DNA of 64,000 nt, from contig OZ251518.1 of assembly GCA_965242965.1 (NCBI GenBank), positions 4,992,001 to 5,056,000 of the forward strand, written 5' to 3'. The DNA comes from Candidatus Poribacteria bacterium. GTDB taxonomy: Bacteria; Poribacteria; WGA-4E; WGA-3G. A program made the translations under genes and the position numbers. The notes under the pieces were generated by a model. The model saw only the letters and a program-made list of their open reading frames with translations, was not told the DNA's origin and made no database searches. Shown here one piece after another: positions 50,820 to 60,058 of this stretch. Numbering within the stretch: the first letter of the stretch is position 1; every line of letters starts with the position of its first letter.

Positions 50820-52028
50820 CTACAATTTGGCAATAGCCTTCTCCATTCGGCCGAGAGCCTCTTGGATGTTCTCCAACGAGTTCGCATAGGAGAGCCGGAG
50901 ATACCCATCGCCATATTTACCAAAGGATGTGCCGGGCAGCAGCGCGACACCCGCTTCGTCCATCAGATAATCGGCGAGGGGCTCGCACGCCATGGGCAGC
51001 TGCGTCACATTCGGGAACACATAGAACGCGCCAAGCGGCTTGATACAACTGATGCCTTCCAACGCGTTCAATCCATTGACGATGCCGTCACGCCGTCTCT
51101 GAAATTCGGCTACCATCTCCGTGACAGAGTCTTGCTGTCCCGTCAGTGCCTCAATGCCAGCGATTTGCGTAAACGTGGCGGTGCAGGAATTTGAGTTAAT
51201 CGTCAACTGCGTAATCTTGTCGGCAATGGCCTGCGGCGCGATGCCGTAACCTAAACGCCATCCTGTCATCGCGTAGGTTTTCGAGTGCCCCTCAATTAGG
51301 ATAGTCCGCTCCTTCATCCCGGGTAGGCTAAGAATACTTTGATGTGTGCCTTCGTAGAGGATGCGTGAGTATACCTCATCGGTAAGCACATAAAAATTGT
51401 GTTTCTGCGCGAGTTCGGCGATGGCCCCGAGGTCTTCCGCCGTGAGCGTGCCCCCGGTGGGATTCTGTGGTGAGTTGAGAATCAGCAGCTTTGTGCGCGA
51501 GGTGATGGCCGCCTCAAGTTCTTCGATGCGGAATCGGAAATCGACTTCTTCGCGCAGCAGCAGCGGCACCGCCTTTCCGCCGATGAAACTAATGACAGAT
51601 TCATAAACCGGGAAGCCGGGTTCGGGATAGATAACCTCGTCGTCTTCGTCAATGAGTGCCAAAATCGTGAAGAAGATGATGGGCTTCGCCCCGGGGGTGA
51701 CGGTGACTTCGTCAGGATGGATAGTCACGCCGCGTGTTTCAGTAATGTGCTGCGCAACTACCTCGCGAAATTCGGGTAAGCCTGCGGAGGGCCCATAGCC
51801 TGTCTGCCCGTCCTTCATGGCCTTGAACGCCGCTTCACAGATATTCATCGGAGTCGGAAAATCCGGTTGCCCGATTTCAAGATGAATGATGTCTCTGCCT
51901 TGTGCTTCTAACCCTTTGGCTTTCGCAAGCACCTCAAATGCAGATTCTGTTCCCAAGCGGTTCATCCGCTCGGCGAATATTTTTGTCTGTCGCAATGCGT
52001 TCGGATTGGTTTTCGAGTGCAATTGCAT
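50820..52028 (-). CDS. Class I/II PLP-dependent (aspartate-type) aminotransferase
   Basis: IGQPDF, NSPQNPTG, DEVY, SKTYAMTGWRLGY, YLRLSYA. Confidence 0.95.
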   Translation of the reverse strand: MQLHSKTNPNALRQTKIFAERMNRLGTESAFEVLAKAKGLEAQGRDIIHLEIGQPDFPTPMNICEAAFKAMKDGQTGYGPSAGLPEFREVVAQHITETRGVTIHPDEVTVTPGAKPIIFFTILALIDEDDEVIYPEPGFPVYESVISFIGGKAVPLLLREEVDFRFRIEELEAAITSRTKLLILNSPQNPTGGTLTAEDLGAIAELAQKHNFYVLTDEVYSRILYEGTHQSILSLPGMKERTILIEGHSKTYAMTGWRLGYGIAPQAIADKITQLTINSNSCTATFTQIAGIEALTGQQDSVTEMVAEFQRRRDGIVNGLNALEGISCIKPLGAFYVFPNVTQLPMACEPLADYLMDEAGVALLPGTSFGKYGDGYLRLSYANSLENIQEALGRMEKAIAKL

Positions 52029-52125
52029 CTCCTTAATTGTCGGCGAGCCTACGCGTGACGATGCTCGCGCCTGTTTCGGCGTGACGGCGCGCGTTCAACG
52101 CGCGCCTACCGAAGGTGAAGTCGCG

Positions 52126-53133
52126 TTAATCTGCCTGTAAGATGGCACCGGTGGAGCTCGCAATCCACACGTTCTGTCCATCTAGCACAAAAACTTTGAC
52201 GAGTTTTTCCCTAGATTCTTCCGCTTCCCAGGTTTTGCCGCCATCAGTGGTGCGCAAAATGGCACCGACACCGAAATCGCCGCCCACGGTCCAACCGTTC
52301 ATCTCATCTGCGAATCCAACGCTTCTGAGCGTTTCTTCGGTGCCGCTCATTTGCACTTCCCACTTCTCGCCGCCGTTGCTGGTGTGGAGGATGGTGCCGT
52401 TCTCGCCGACTGCCCAGCCGAGTGAGGCGTTCAGGAAGAAAATATCCTCAAGGATGTCCTCTCTTCCGGTCTCCTGCGTCACCCAAGTTTCCGCGCCATC
52501 GGTTGTTTTCTGGATGAGGGCACTCTGTCCGTCCGTGCTAGGACTGACGCGCACGCCGGCAACCCAACCGGTGTTTTCGTCAAGAAACTGCAAGGCGTTA
52601 TACATGTTCGCGTCGTCATCCCCGACAGCACCTACCTGTCCACCTTGTAGCACTTTCCATGAGCGGCCACCGTTTTTGGTGGAGAGGATAGTGTCGCTTT
52701 CACCCACAGCATACCCGACCTCTTTGTTGGCGAAATAGATGCCTTTCAGCCCGTTGGCAACCTTGCTAGTCTGGAGTTCCCAGTCTGCGCCGTTTTGGGT
52801 AGCCGCTATTGAGCCTTTCGCGCCGACGGCCCAGCCGCGTTTCTCATCTAAAAAGTAAACTTCGGCGAGGTCCGCGCTAATTTTAATGTCGGACTTCTGC
52901 CACGTTTTACCGCCATCCGTGGTATACCCGACGAAGCCCGGGTTTTCAAAATCTTCAAACGAGGCGGCACCGACTACCCAGCCGGTGAGCGGACTAGTAA
53001 AGGTGATAGACATATAGTCCCGAACTTCCGGGTCGCGTTCTTGTAAGACGCTCCAACCCGCTGCGGCAGGCAAGCAGGCCATTGCCAAGAACAGAAAAGT
53101 TACCGCAAGTAGACATGTCCTGAATTTGTTCAT
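52126..53133 (-). CDS. YCF48/BNR-repeat beta-propeller protein, secreted
   Basis: Signal peptide; repeated GWAVG...TTDGGKTW units. Confidence 0.92.
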   Translation of the reverse strand: MNKFRTCLLAVTFLFLAMACLPAAAGWSVLQERDPEVRDYMSITFTSPLTGWVVGAASFEDFENPGFVGYTTDGGKTWQKSDIKISADLAEVYFLDEKRGWAVGAKGSIAATQNGADWELQTSKVANGLKGIYFANKEVGYAVGESDTILSTKNGGRSWKVLQGGQVGAVGDDDANMYNALQFLDENTGWVAGVRVSPSTDGQSALIQKTTDGAETWVTQETGREDILEDIFFLNASLGWAVGENGTILHTSNGGEKWEVQMSGTEETLRSVGFADEMNGWTVGGDFGVGAILRTTDGGKTWEAEESREKLVKVFVLDGQNVWIASSTGAILQAD

Positions 53134-53272
53134 TGTTAGGGTGTCTCCTATGTTGTTGTTTAAAGTGGTTTCCCACGTCTTGAGCCCGGTAAAGGGCAAT
53201 ATGTTTCTAGTTATGTTGACAAGTATCGCATAAATGCAAAATTAAGTCAACATTTTTCACGATAATTGTATT

Positions 53273-53481
53273 AAAAGCGTAGATATTGACAACGTCAATA
53301 TCGGGTTACGCAGAGAGACGTAATATGAAAGGCGATGCATATCGAACGCCTTGCGAACAACGAAAAAGCGAACAACAAAAATTGAATCAAAAGCGTAGAT
53401 ATTGACAACGTCAATATCGGGTTACGTAGAGAGACGTAACATAAGAGGCGGTGCATATCGAACGCCTTGCGAATAACGAAA
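53273..53481. repeat. Two ~116-bp tandem copies of the AAC-loop REP element
   Basis: GTAGATATTGACAACGTCAATATC...GAACGCCTTGCGAA at 53273 and 53389. Confidence 0.92.
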
Positions 53482-54963
53482 TTATTTCGCAACAATTATG
53501 GTGCCAGTCTTAAAACTTTCGTCTATCTGAAGTTGATAGACATACACGCCGCTTTCGACGATGTCGCCTGCCTCGTCCGTGCCATCCCAGATGAGTTCCG
53601 TTTCACCGAATGGAGCGGTTAAGGTTTTCACGAGCATGCCATCAATGTTAAAAATAAGCACCATGAACTCGCCTTGCAGCGTGCTGCTTGCTACCGCATC
53701 TTCAAGCGCGCGTGCAGGAAATATCACGCGATTGAAATCTTCGTTCGGCGAGAGCGGCGTGAACGGGTTCGGATACGGCTCATCTAATATCCGCAGGATT
53801 TCCTGTCTCGGTTCAGAAGCGTTATTAGCCTCGTCAATTGCGACAATAGTGTAAACGAAACTGCCGACTTCTAATAGACCTTCATCCAGAAATTTATAGG
53901 TGCTTGCGGATGCCTCCACATCTCTTTCCATCAGCAGGCTGAGCGAAGCTGATGACGGACCAGAGGCAATCTGATACCGGACAACGTCACGGCTGGCACT
54001 CGGTGTCCACGTGAGTTCAATGCCTTCGCTCAGTGCAACGAGTTCAAATGTCGCCGGGGGCGATGGGGCCGCGGTATCCTCCGAGACGTTCACCGTCTGC
54101 ATGGCAGAACGTTCCGAACGGAGTTGCAGCGTCTTGTAAGCGGCTATCTGATAGATATGGCTACCTGGCGAGACGTTCACATCGCGATAGGTGGTTGAGG
54201 ACGCGTTTTCGACGTTGATGGTTGGCACAAATTCCTGCGCGATAGGCTGTCCCGTATTTGGTTTCCGATAGATGAGATAGCCGTTGACATCCGGGTCTGC
54301 TGATTTTTGCCAGCGGAGCGTGACATCGTTCTCGCCGGTCGCGTCCGCCTCGGCGGTAAATCTGACGACAGGTGCCGGCGGCACATTCGGAATCACTTGT
54401 AAGGTGAAATCGTCGTTGTTGAGTTTTCCATCTGCTTGGCCAGCGCGGATAAATTCGCCGATGGGGCCGTCTTGCAGATTGCGGAGACGCGCGCGGAACG
54501 TTGCTGCCAGTAGCACAGTATTCGGGGTGCGGCAGTCAAAATAAATGGCGTAGACAGAATTCTGAAGATCTACGATGACATCGGCGAGTTCAATGCGCAG
54601 CTGATTAGCGGAGACGACAGCTCGCGCCACAAGCCTGCTGCCATCGCGCGTGATGCCGCGAAAATCGGCTGAGCGGGTTAAGAAGCCGGGCGGCAACTCA
54701 ATTTCAATCGTCTTAATCTCCTCGCCTGGCTCGGCTAAGGAACGATCTACGCTGAGTGTAACGACGAGCGGCACAGTAGAACTCGCGGGGACAACGCCTT
54801 TCGCCTCCCCCTCAACGTTAATCTCGCCTACAGATGTCACCGCGCCATAACTGTTCGCGGCGATGAGCAGACAGATAATTACTATTTTCGTTTTTCGCAA
54901 GGCGTTTTTCATGTCCCACTTGGCTAGGCGGGTTGTCTTCTCATGCTGTTTTTTGTTCATCAT
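53482..54963 (-). CDS. Secreted FN3-domain protein with a C-terminal FlgD-Ig/T9SS-CTD-like domain
   Basis: PYPNPFTP, IFNIDGMLVKTL, WDGTDEAGDIVESGVYVYQL; FN3 segments. Start may be the downstream MKNAL. Confidence 0.88.
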   Translation of the reverse strand: MMNKKQHEKTTRLAKWDMKNALRKTKIVIICLLIAANSYGAVTSVGEINVEGEAKGVVPASSTVPLVVTLSVDRSLAEPGEEIKTIEIELPPGFLTRSADFRGITRDGSRLVARAVVSANQLRIELADVIVDLQNSVYAIYFDCRTPNTVLLAATFRARLRNLQDGPIGEFIRAGQADGKLNNDDFTLQVIPNVPPAPVVRFTAEADATGENDVTLRWQKSADPDVNGYLIYRKPNTGQPIAQEFVPTINVENASSTTYRDVNVSPGSHIYQIAAYKTLQLRSERSAMQTVNVSEDTAAPSPPATFELVALSEGIELTWTPSASRDVVRYQIASGPSSASLSLLMERDVEASASTYKFLDEGLLEVGSFVYTIVAIDEANNASEPRQEILRILDEPYPNPFTPLSPNEDFNRVIFPARALEDAVASSTLQGEFMVLIFNIDGMLVKTLTAPFGETELIWDGTDEAGDIVESGVYVYQLQIDESFKTGTIIVAK

Positions 54964-55016
54964 AGTTGTCCAAACCTTTCGTTTTTCGCAAGGTGTTTTT
55001 CATGTCCCACTTAGAT

Positions 55017-55341
55017 GAGGGTGTTTCATATCTCGATGTCTTCCCGGTAGGCGAGACCTCCTGGTCTCGATGCCCACCGTATCGGGACAAGGATGTCCCT
55101 CCTACCGTAAGGCATTGGGCCCACTTCTGTAGTTCGGGATCGCCTGATCCCGAACGAGTCAAGATCGCTTGGCAAATGTGCCAGAGCTTCAGACGATCTT
55201 GACCTATAGGGAGGATGCGGTCTGCCAACCAAACGCATGGCGAGGGACAGGTTTTCCCACCGCCCTACGTGAAGGAGAGGCATTTTTTTCCGCATCGCGG
55301 GGCCTATCACCGCGACGTTGGGCGATTTATGAAACACCCTC
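55017..55341. mobile_element. MITE-like TIR/REP element with an ~8-bp target duplication
   Basis: Perfect 14-bp TIR GAGGGTGTTTCATA, flanked by ACTTAGAT and ACTTGGAT. Confidence 0.88.
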
Positions 55342-55384
55342 ACTTGGATAGGCGGGTTGTCTTCTCAGTCCGTTTTTGTTCATT

Positions 55385-56431
55385 TTAGAAAACCAAATTC
55401 ACCGACAACCGCTGCGTTGTGTTATCGCGGAAAACGCCGGTGAGCAGTTGGAATCCGTAGTCCAATTGCAAATGGGTGGCACTCATTGGGATTTTCAGAC
55501 TCGCGCCGAGGGCGATGGTGGCGGCGGAATCCACGCCGTTCTTCACGCCGTAACCGCCACGCGCGGCGATATTGTTACTGAACCAAACTTCCGCGCCGAC
55601 GCGGACATGCGTTTCTCCATCACGCAGTGCCACCTCCAGCGTCGCCAAACTAGATTTCAGTATGTTGCTTACTGTCGCGCCTTGCGCGCTCATTTCCGCG
55701 ATGGATGCAAGCCGATACGCCACCCCTGCTCGGATATTGCGAGGCACCGAATCGGTGAATGCGTCGGAGATGCTCATGTCCGCTGGCACGAGATTTTCCG
55801 CAGCAACGCCGATGCTCAGCCCGGCGACAGGCTTGGCAATTATCCCTATGTCCATTGAAATCGCCGAGGCGGAAGTTTGCGTAAAATAGTCGTTCCCGGC
55901 GACAAATTCGTTGGTTGCATCGAAGGCAGTGCTGAAACGTTTCAGGTTAGCACCGATGGAAAATTGCTTGAGGAACGCCTTGCTGTAAGAGAATACCAGC
56001 GTCTGCTCTCGATAAATCTCCGAATCCTCAGCCAATATGCCGATATGCGCGCCAATGGAACCGAGAATGCCAACCGGAACAACGCCGCTCAACGCCGTAT
56101 AAGTGATGAGCCCGTTGAATCGCTGCTCGCGTGTCGCTCCGACGTGAATTGCATCGAGGTAGCCTAATCCGGCTGCGTTGTAGTTTGCTGCGTTGCTATC
56201 GTCAGCGAGTGCGACGAATGCGCCGCCGAGTCCCAACGGACGTGCCCCGATGCCGATGTCGTTAAACGCCGCGAAGGTGGAACTCGCAAAGAGAATAAGC
56301 GCGAAAACTAGCACTAACATGCCTATTTTCGCCACGTTAGAGAATGTGTGTCTCTGCATCATAGATGTTCTTGTGGAGGCGTGAACCTCCTTCGGTGCTC
56401 CTTTTTTCTTACAGATAGGTGCGGTTTTCAA
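55385..56431 (-). CDS. PorV/FadL-like outer-membrane beta-barrel (true start probably near 56362 or later)
   Basis: GARPLGLGGAFVALADDSNAANYNAAGL, alternating beta strands, C-terminal Phe. Confidence 0.85.
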   Translation of the reverse strand: MKTAPICKKKGAPKEVHASTRTSMMQRHTFSNVAKIGMLVLVFALILFASSTFAAFNDIGIGARPLGLGGAFVALADDSNAANYNAAGLGYLDAIHVGATREQRFNGLITYTALSGVVPVGILGSIGAHIGILAEDSEIYREQTLVFSYSKAFLKQFSIGANLKRFSTAFDATNEFVAGNDYFTQTSASAISMDIGIIAKPVAGLSIGVAAENLVPADMSISDAFTDSVPRNIRAGVAYRLASIAEMSAQGATVSNILKSSLATLEVALRDGETHVRVGAEVWFSNNIAARGGYGVKNGVDSAATIALGASLKIPMSATHLQLDYGFQLLTGVFRDNTTQRLSVNLVF

Positions 56432-56454
56432 CCGCGCAGGCGTTAGGTGCGCGC

Positions 56455-57099
56455 TTACACATCGCGCCTACCAGAAAATCCTGTCATTGGCACAAAATTG
56501 ACACCGGTAACCGTTTTCGTCTCTGTTTCTCCCGCTGTCTTCTGAATCAAAAGCAGGTGTTGCACTATACTACCGACAGGAATAACCAACCTGCCGCCTT
56601 CGTCCAATTGGCGAACTAGCCGTTGCGGAATCTCCTTCGGTGCCGCTGCAACGAGGATAGCGTCATAAGGCGCGTGCTCTTGCCAGCCGTAATGCCCGTC
56701 CCCTTGTTTGAAACGGATATTCTGATAGTTGAAGGTTTCCGTTAACCTCACCTTCGCGCTCTCGGCAAGTTCAGGCAGAATCTCAACGGAATAGACTTCT
56801 CCCGCCAATTCCGCCAAAACGGCGGTTTGATAGCCGCACCCTGTGCCTATCTCAAGCACTTTTGATGTCGGCGTTAGCGCGAGCAGTTCTGTCATCAATG
56901 CCACAATGTAGGGCTGCGAGATTGTCTGTCCACACGCAATTGGGAGGGGACTATCCTGATACGCCGAGTTGACATACGCTGGCGTGACGAAGAGGTGGCG
57001 TTTCACCTTGCGCATGACAGCAAGCACCTGCGGGTTGCGGATACCGCGTTTCTCAAGTTGGTGTTGCACCATTTCCTGTCGTTGTATTGCAGCGTCCAT
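56455..57099 (-). CDS. pcm: Protein-L-isoaspartate O-methyltransferase
   Basis: GQTISQPY, VLEIGTGCGYQTA, APYDAI, GGRLVIPVG, FVPM. Confidence 0.97.
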   Translation of the reverse strand: MDAAIQRQEMVQHQLEKRGIRNPQVLAVMRKVKRHLFVTPAYVNSAYQDSPLPIACGQTISQPYIVALMTELLALTPTSKVLEIGTGCGYQTAVLAELAGEVYSVEILPELAESAKVRLTETFNYQNIRFKQGDGHYGWQEHAPYDAILVAAAPKEIPQRLVRQLDEGGRLVIPVGSIVQHLLLIQKTAGETETKTVTGVNFVPMTGFSGRRDV

Positions 57100-57109
57100 C
57101 GCGGGCCCC

Positions 57110-59482
57110 CTAATCGCTCAGTGATACCTGATACGGCATCAAGAGAAAAAGCCTGTGCCGCATGATTTTTAGCAAACGGCTGTCCACAAAAGTGCGAGGC
57201 GTTGAAAGCAAACGATAGTTGTTGACGAGCTGTGATACCCATGTCTGTTTCGGAAGCCGGACGATGTCCACAGCCTGTTTCTCCAATCCTGCCTTCTCTT
57301 GCGCGATTTCAAGGGCGCGGCTTAACCCGCCGAGTTCATCGACAAGTCCGTTCTTTTTCGCCTGCGCGCCTGTCCAGATGCGCCCACGGCCGAGGTTATC
57401 TACCTCTTCCTTCGTTAACCTAGGCCGTCCGATAGCAACTTTTGTGATAAAATCGTCGTAAATCTCCGCAATTTGTCTGCGGACGATGTCCTGTTCTGCG
57501 GGGGGATAGTCGCCGTAATCGGTGTAAAAATCGGCGTGCTTGCCGCGTTTCAAGATTTCCTTACGGATACCGAATGTTTGGTAAAGTCCCTTGAAACTAT
57601 ACTTGCCGCCGATAACGCCGATAGAACCGGTGATGGTGCCGGGTTCAGCGACGATGACATTCGCCGGCGTAGCAATATAGTAGCCGCCCGATGCCGCCAC
57701 ATCTGCCATGGAAACGACGAGCGGTTTCTCTGCAGCGAGCAGCACAAGTTCACGCCACAAAATGTCTGCAGCCACAACGAGCCCACCCCCGCTGTCAATT
57801 CGCAACACGACTGCTTTTATTGCATCGTCTTCGCGCACACTGCGAATAGCGCGCGCAATTGTATCCGAACCCATCACCCGCGTGCCCATCAACGGCTCGG
57901 TGAAACTATCGCCTGTCATCATCAACCCTTCTGCCTCAATAATCGCAATCTTCGGCCGGGGCACTTGCCAATTGTGGACGTAAAGCCCGCTATTCGCATA
58001 CTCGCCGAGGGTGACTAATTCCGTGGCGGAATCGGTAAGGGCAGCCACGACATTCGGCAATTCGTCTTCATAGACGAGTCTGTCAACTAATTTGGCATCG
58101 CGCGCACCCCGCGCGGTATAAGGGCCGCCGTCAATCAAGTTTTTGACGGTTTCTGGTGTCCATCTGCTGTTTGCTCCACGGTTTGTAACTATCGCTGTTA
58201 CTAACTGCTCATAGAGTTCGTCAAGGATAACGTTCTGCACTTCGCGATGTGCTTCTGACATATCTCGCCGCGTGAACGTTTCCGCCGCGGATTTATACTT
58301 CCCAATCCGTTCAATATTTGCCTGGATGCCGAGCATATCCAACGCGTCTTTGTAAAACGCGTATTCGGCGCGCAGCCCGATGAGCCGCACCTCCGCCGAA
58401 GGGTGCATCAGAATCTTATCACATGCCGAGGCGACGATGTAATCCCCGGTAGAACAACTAGAGATATAACTGATAACGATGCGCCCGGACTCCTTGAAAT
58501 CAAGAATGGCATCACGCATTTCTTGCAGTTGTCCCATCCCGTAGCCGCTGCCGTTAATGCGGATAAGCACGCCCGCGACATCTTTGTCCCGCTTCGCGAT
58601 GCGCAGCGTTCGTTCCAGCGAACGCATGGACAACTCGAGAAACTTGCGCCGACGCGGAATGGCTCTTGTCTTCGGCGCGCTAGAGAATTGGAAATAACCG
58701 ACACCCGTTTGCGCGCTGTCCGCATCAAAACGGTTGTCTGTCCCCACTCCCCAATTCCCGATGTTGATACCGAAACGGACATCAAAACTCCTGTCGCTGT
58801 TCAACGTGCCGCGGAGCATCAACTCTCGGATAGGACGCAACTCCAGCGCGTATTGAAAGTCAACGCCTTCGATGCCCCGCGTTTTCTGCATATCAAGCGA
58901 GAAGGTTGCTCGCCACGTGCCAGGACGCAGCGCGATCCCTACGTCATAAGTGCGTCCCAACTTTTCGCCTAACAACTTCGGACGGTTCAGATTCCGAGTT
59001 ATCGCGCCGATTGAAAAATAACGGCGACGATACATCAATCCCAACGACAGCGAACGGAATGTGTCGTAACCCCGCACATCGGAATTTATCCAACTGTAAC
59101 TAGTGCCCCAGTAAAGCGCGCTCCCTAAATGCCGCCCGGTAGAGAGGCTATACCGGGTGAAGTCAATGTCGTCTGCCGCCGTTGCAAACTCCATGCTAAA
59201 TCCCGCGCCCGGGGTTGCGATGAAAAAAGCGTCATCGCCGGGCTGCGACTCACTCTGGTATGTCCGCAGGTAATAGAGGTTCAGCGCGCGGCCTGCGCCC
59301 AATCCCGCCGGATTGAAAAACGTCGCCAGGGCATCGTCACTCACGGCGACAGAACTCACCGGCAAGTGGGTGCGCGCCTTCGGCGGCGCAGCTATCGCGA
59401 TGCAGGCAAATAGCATACCACATACACTAGCGACCCAAATATAGCGTTTGCGAGCAGAACGTAAAACCATAAACAGCACCAA
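57110..59482 (-). CDS. sppA: Signal peptide peptidase SppA (67K type) with an extra N-terminal beta-rich domain
   Basis: GKYKSAAE, RIDSGGG, SMADVAASGGYY, TGSIGV, GRIWTGAQA. Confidence 0.93.
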   Translation of the reverse strand: MVLFMVLRSARKRYIWVASVCGMLFACIAIAAPPKARTHLPVSSVAVSDDALATFFNPAGLGAGRALNLYYLRTYQSESQPGDDAFFIATPGAGFSMEFATAADDIDFTRYSLSTGRHLGSALYWGTSYSWINSDVRGYDTFRSLSLGLMYRRRYFSIGAITRNLNRPKLLGEKLGRTYDVGIALRPGTWRATFSLDMQKTRGIEGVDFQYALELRPIRELMLRGTLNSDRSFDVRFGINIGNWGVGTDNRFDADSAQTGVGYFQFSSAPKTRAIPRRRKFLELSMRSLERTLRIAKRDKDVAGVLIRINGSGYGMGQLQEMRDAILDFKESGRIVISYISSCSTGDYIVASACDKILMHPSAEVRLIGLRAEYAFYKDALDMLGIQANIERIGKYKSAAETFTRRDMSEAHREVQNVILDELYEQLVTAIVTNRGANSRWTPETVKNLIDGGPYTARGARDAKLVDRLVYEDELPNVVAALTDSATELVTLGEYANSGLYVHNWQVPRPKIAIIEAEGLMMTGDSFTEPLMGTRVMGSDTIARAIRSVREDDAIKAVVLRIDSGGGLVVAADILWRELVLLAAEKPLVVSMADVAASGGYYIATPANVIVAEPGTITGSIGVIGGKYSFKGLYQTFGIRKEILKRGKHADFYTDYGDYPPAEQDIVRRQIAEIYDDFITKVAIGRPRLTKEEVDNLGRGRIWTGAQAKKNGLVDELGGLSRALEIAQEKAGLEKQAVDIVRLPKQTWVSQLVNNYRLLSTPRTFVDSRLLKIMRHRLFLLMPYQVSLSD

Positions 59483-59510
59483 GCCAAAGCGTCAAAAGAG
59501 ATACATATCT

Positions 59511-59539
59511 ATTATACCACAAAACGGCGGAAATTGCAA
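59511..59539 (-). promoter_or_regulatory. Sigma70 promoter of the sppA-pcm unit
   Basis: TTGCAA-17-TATAAT with an extended TG. Confidence 0.7.
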
Positions 59540-59558
59540 CAAAAATGCGAATTTTACC

Positions 59559-60025
59559 GAGGGAGTTTCATAAATCGATGCCTTCCCGGTAGGAGAGACC
59601 TCCCGGTCTCGATGCAATAGGTGGCGCGCCTCCCGGGGCCGCGCCAGCAGAAAGCCTCCCTTCATCGTAGGGCTTGGGCCCTCGGATGCCACACGCGCAT
59701 CCGAGCGGGTTCCCCTCGCCATCGTCCGCGCTGCGAAAAAAACGTCTCTTGTCATCGTAGGGCGAGGGCCTGTCCCTCGCCATCGTCCGCGCTGCGAAAA
59801 AAACGTCTCTGGTTCTCTTCAGATCCGTAGGACCTAATACGGCATTGTGGCGATAGAGATCGCGGGGGACAGGCCCCCGCGCTACGGTTGTCGAGCCCGC
59901 CTTCCTTTCACCGTAGGCGAGGGCCCTCGCCATCGTCCGCGCACTCCAACGATCGCGGGGAACAGGCCCCCGCGCTACGGTTGCCGAGGCCGCCTCCCTT
60001 TCATCGTAGGGCCCAAGCCCTACGA
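59559..60025. repeat. REP array beginning with a TIR-like end
   Basis: GAGGGAGTTTCATAA followed by multiple GTAG hairpins. Confidence 0.88.
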
Positions 60026-60058
60026 TAAAAATAACGCCTTCCTTGCGCGGCGGAGAAC

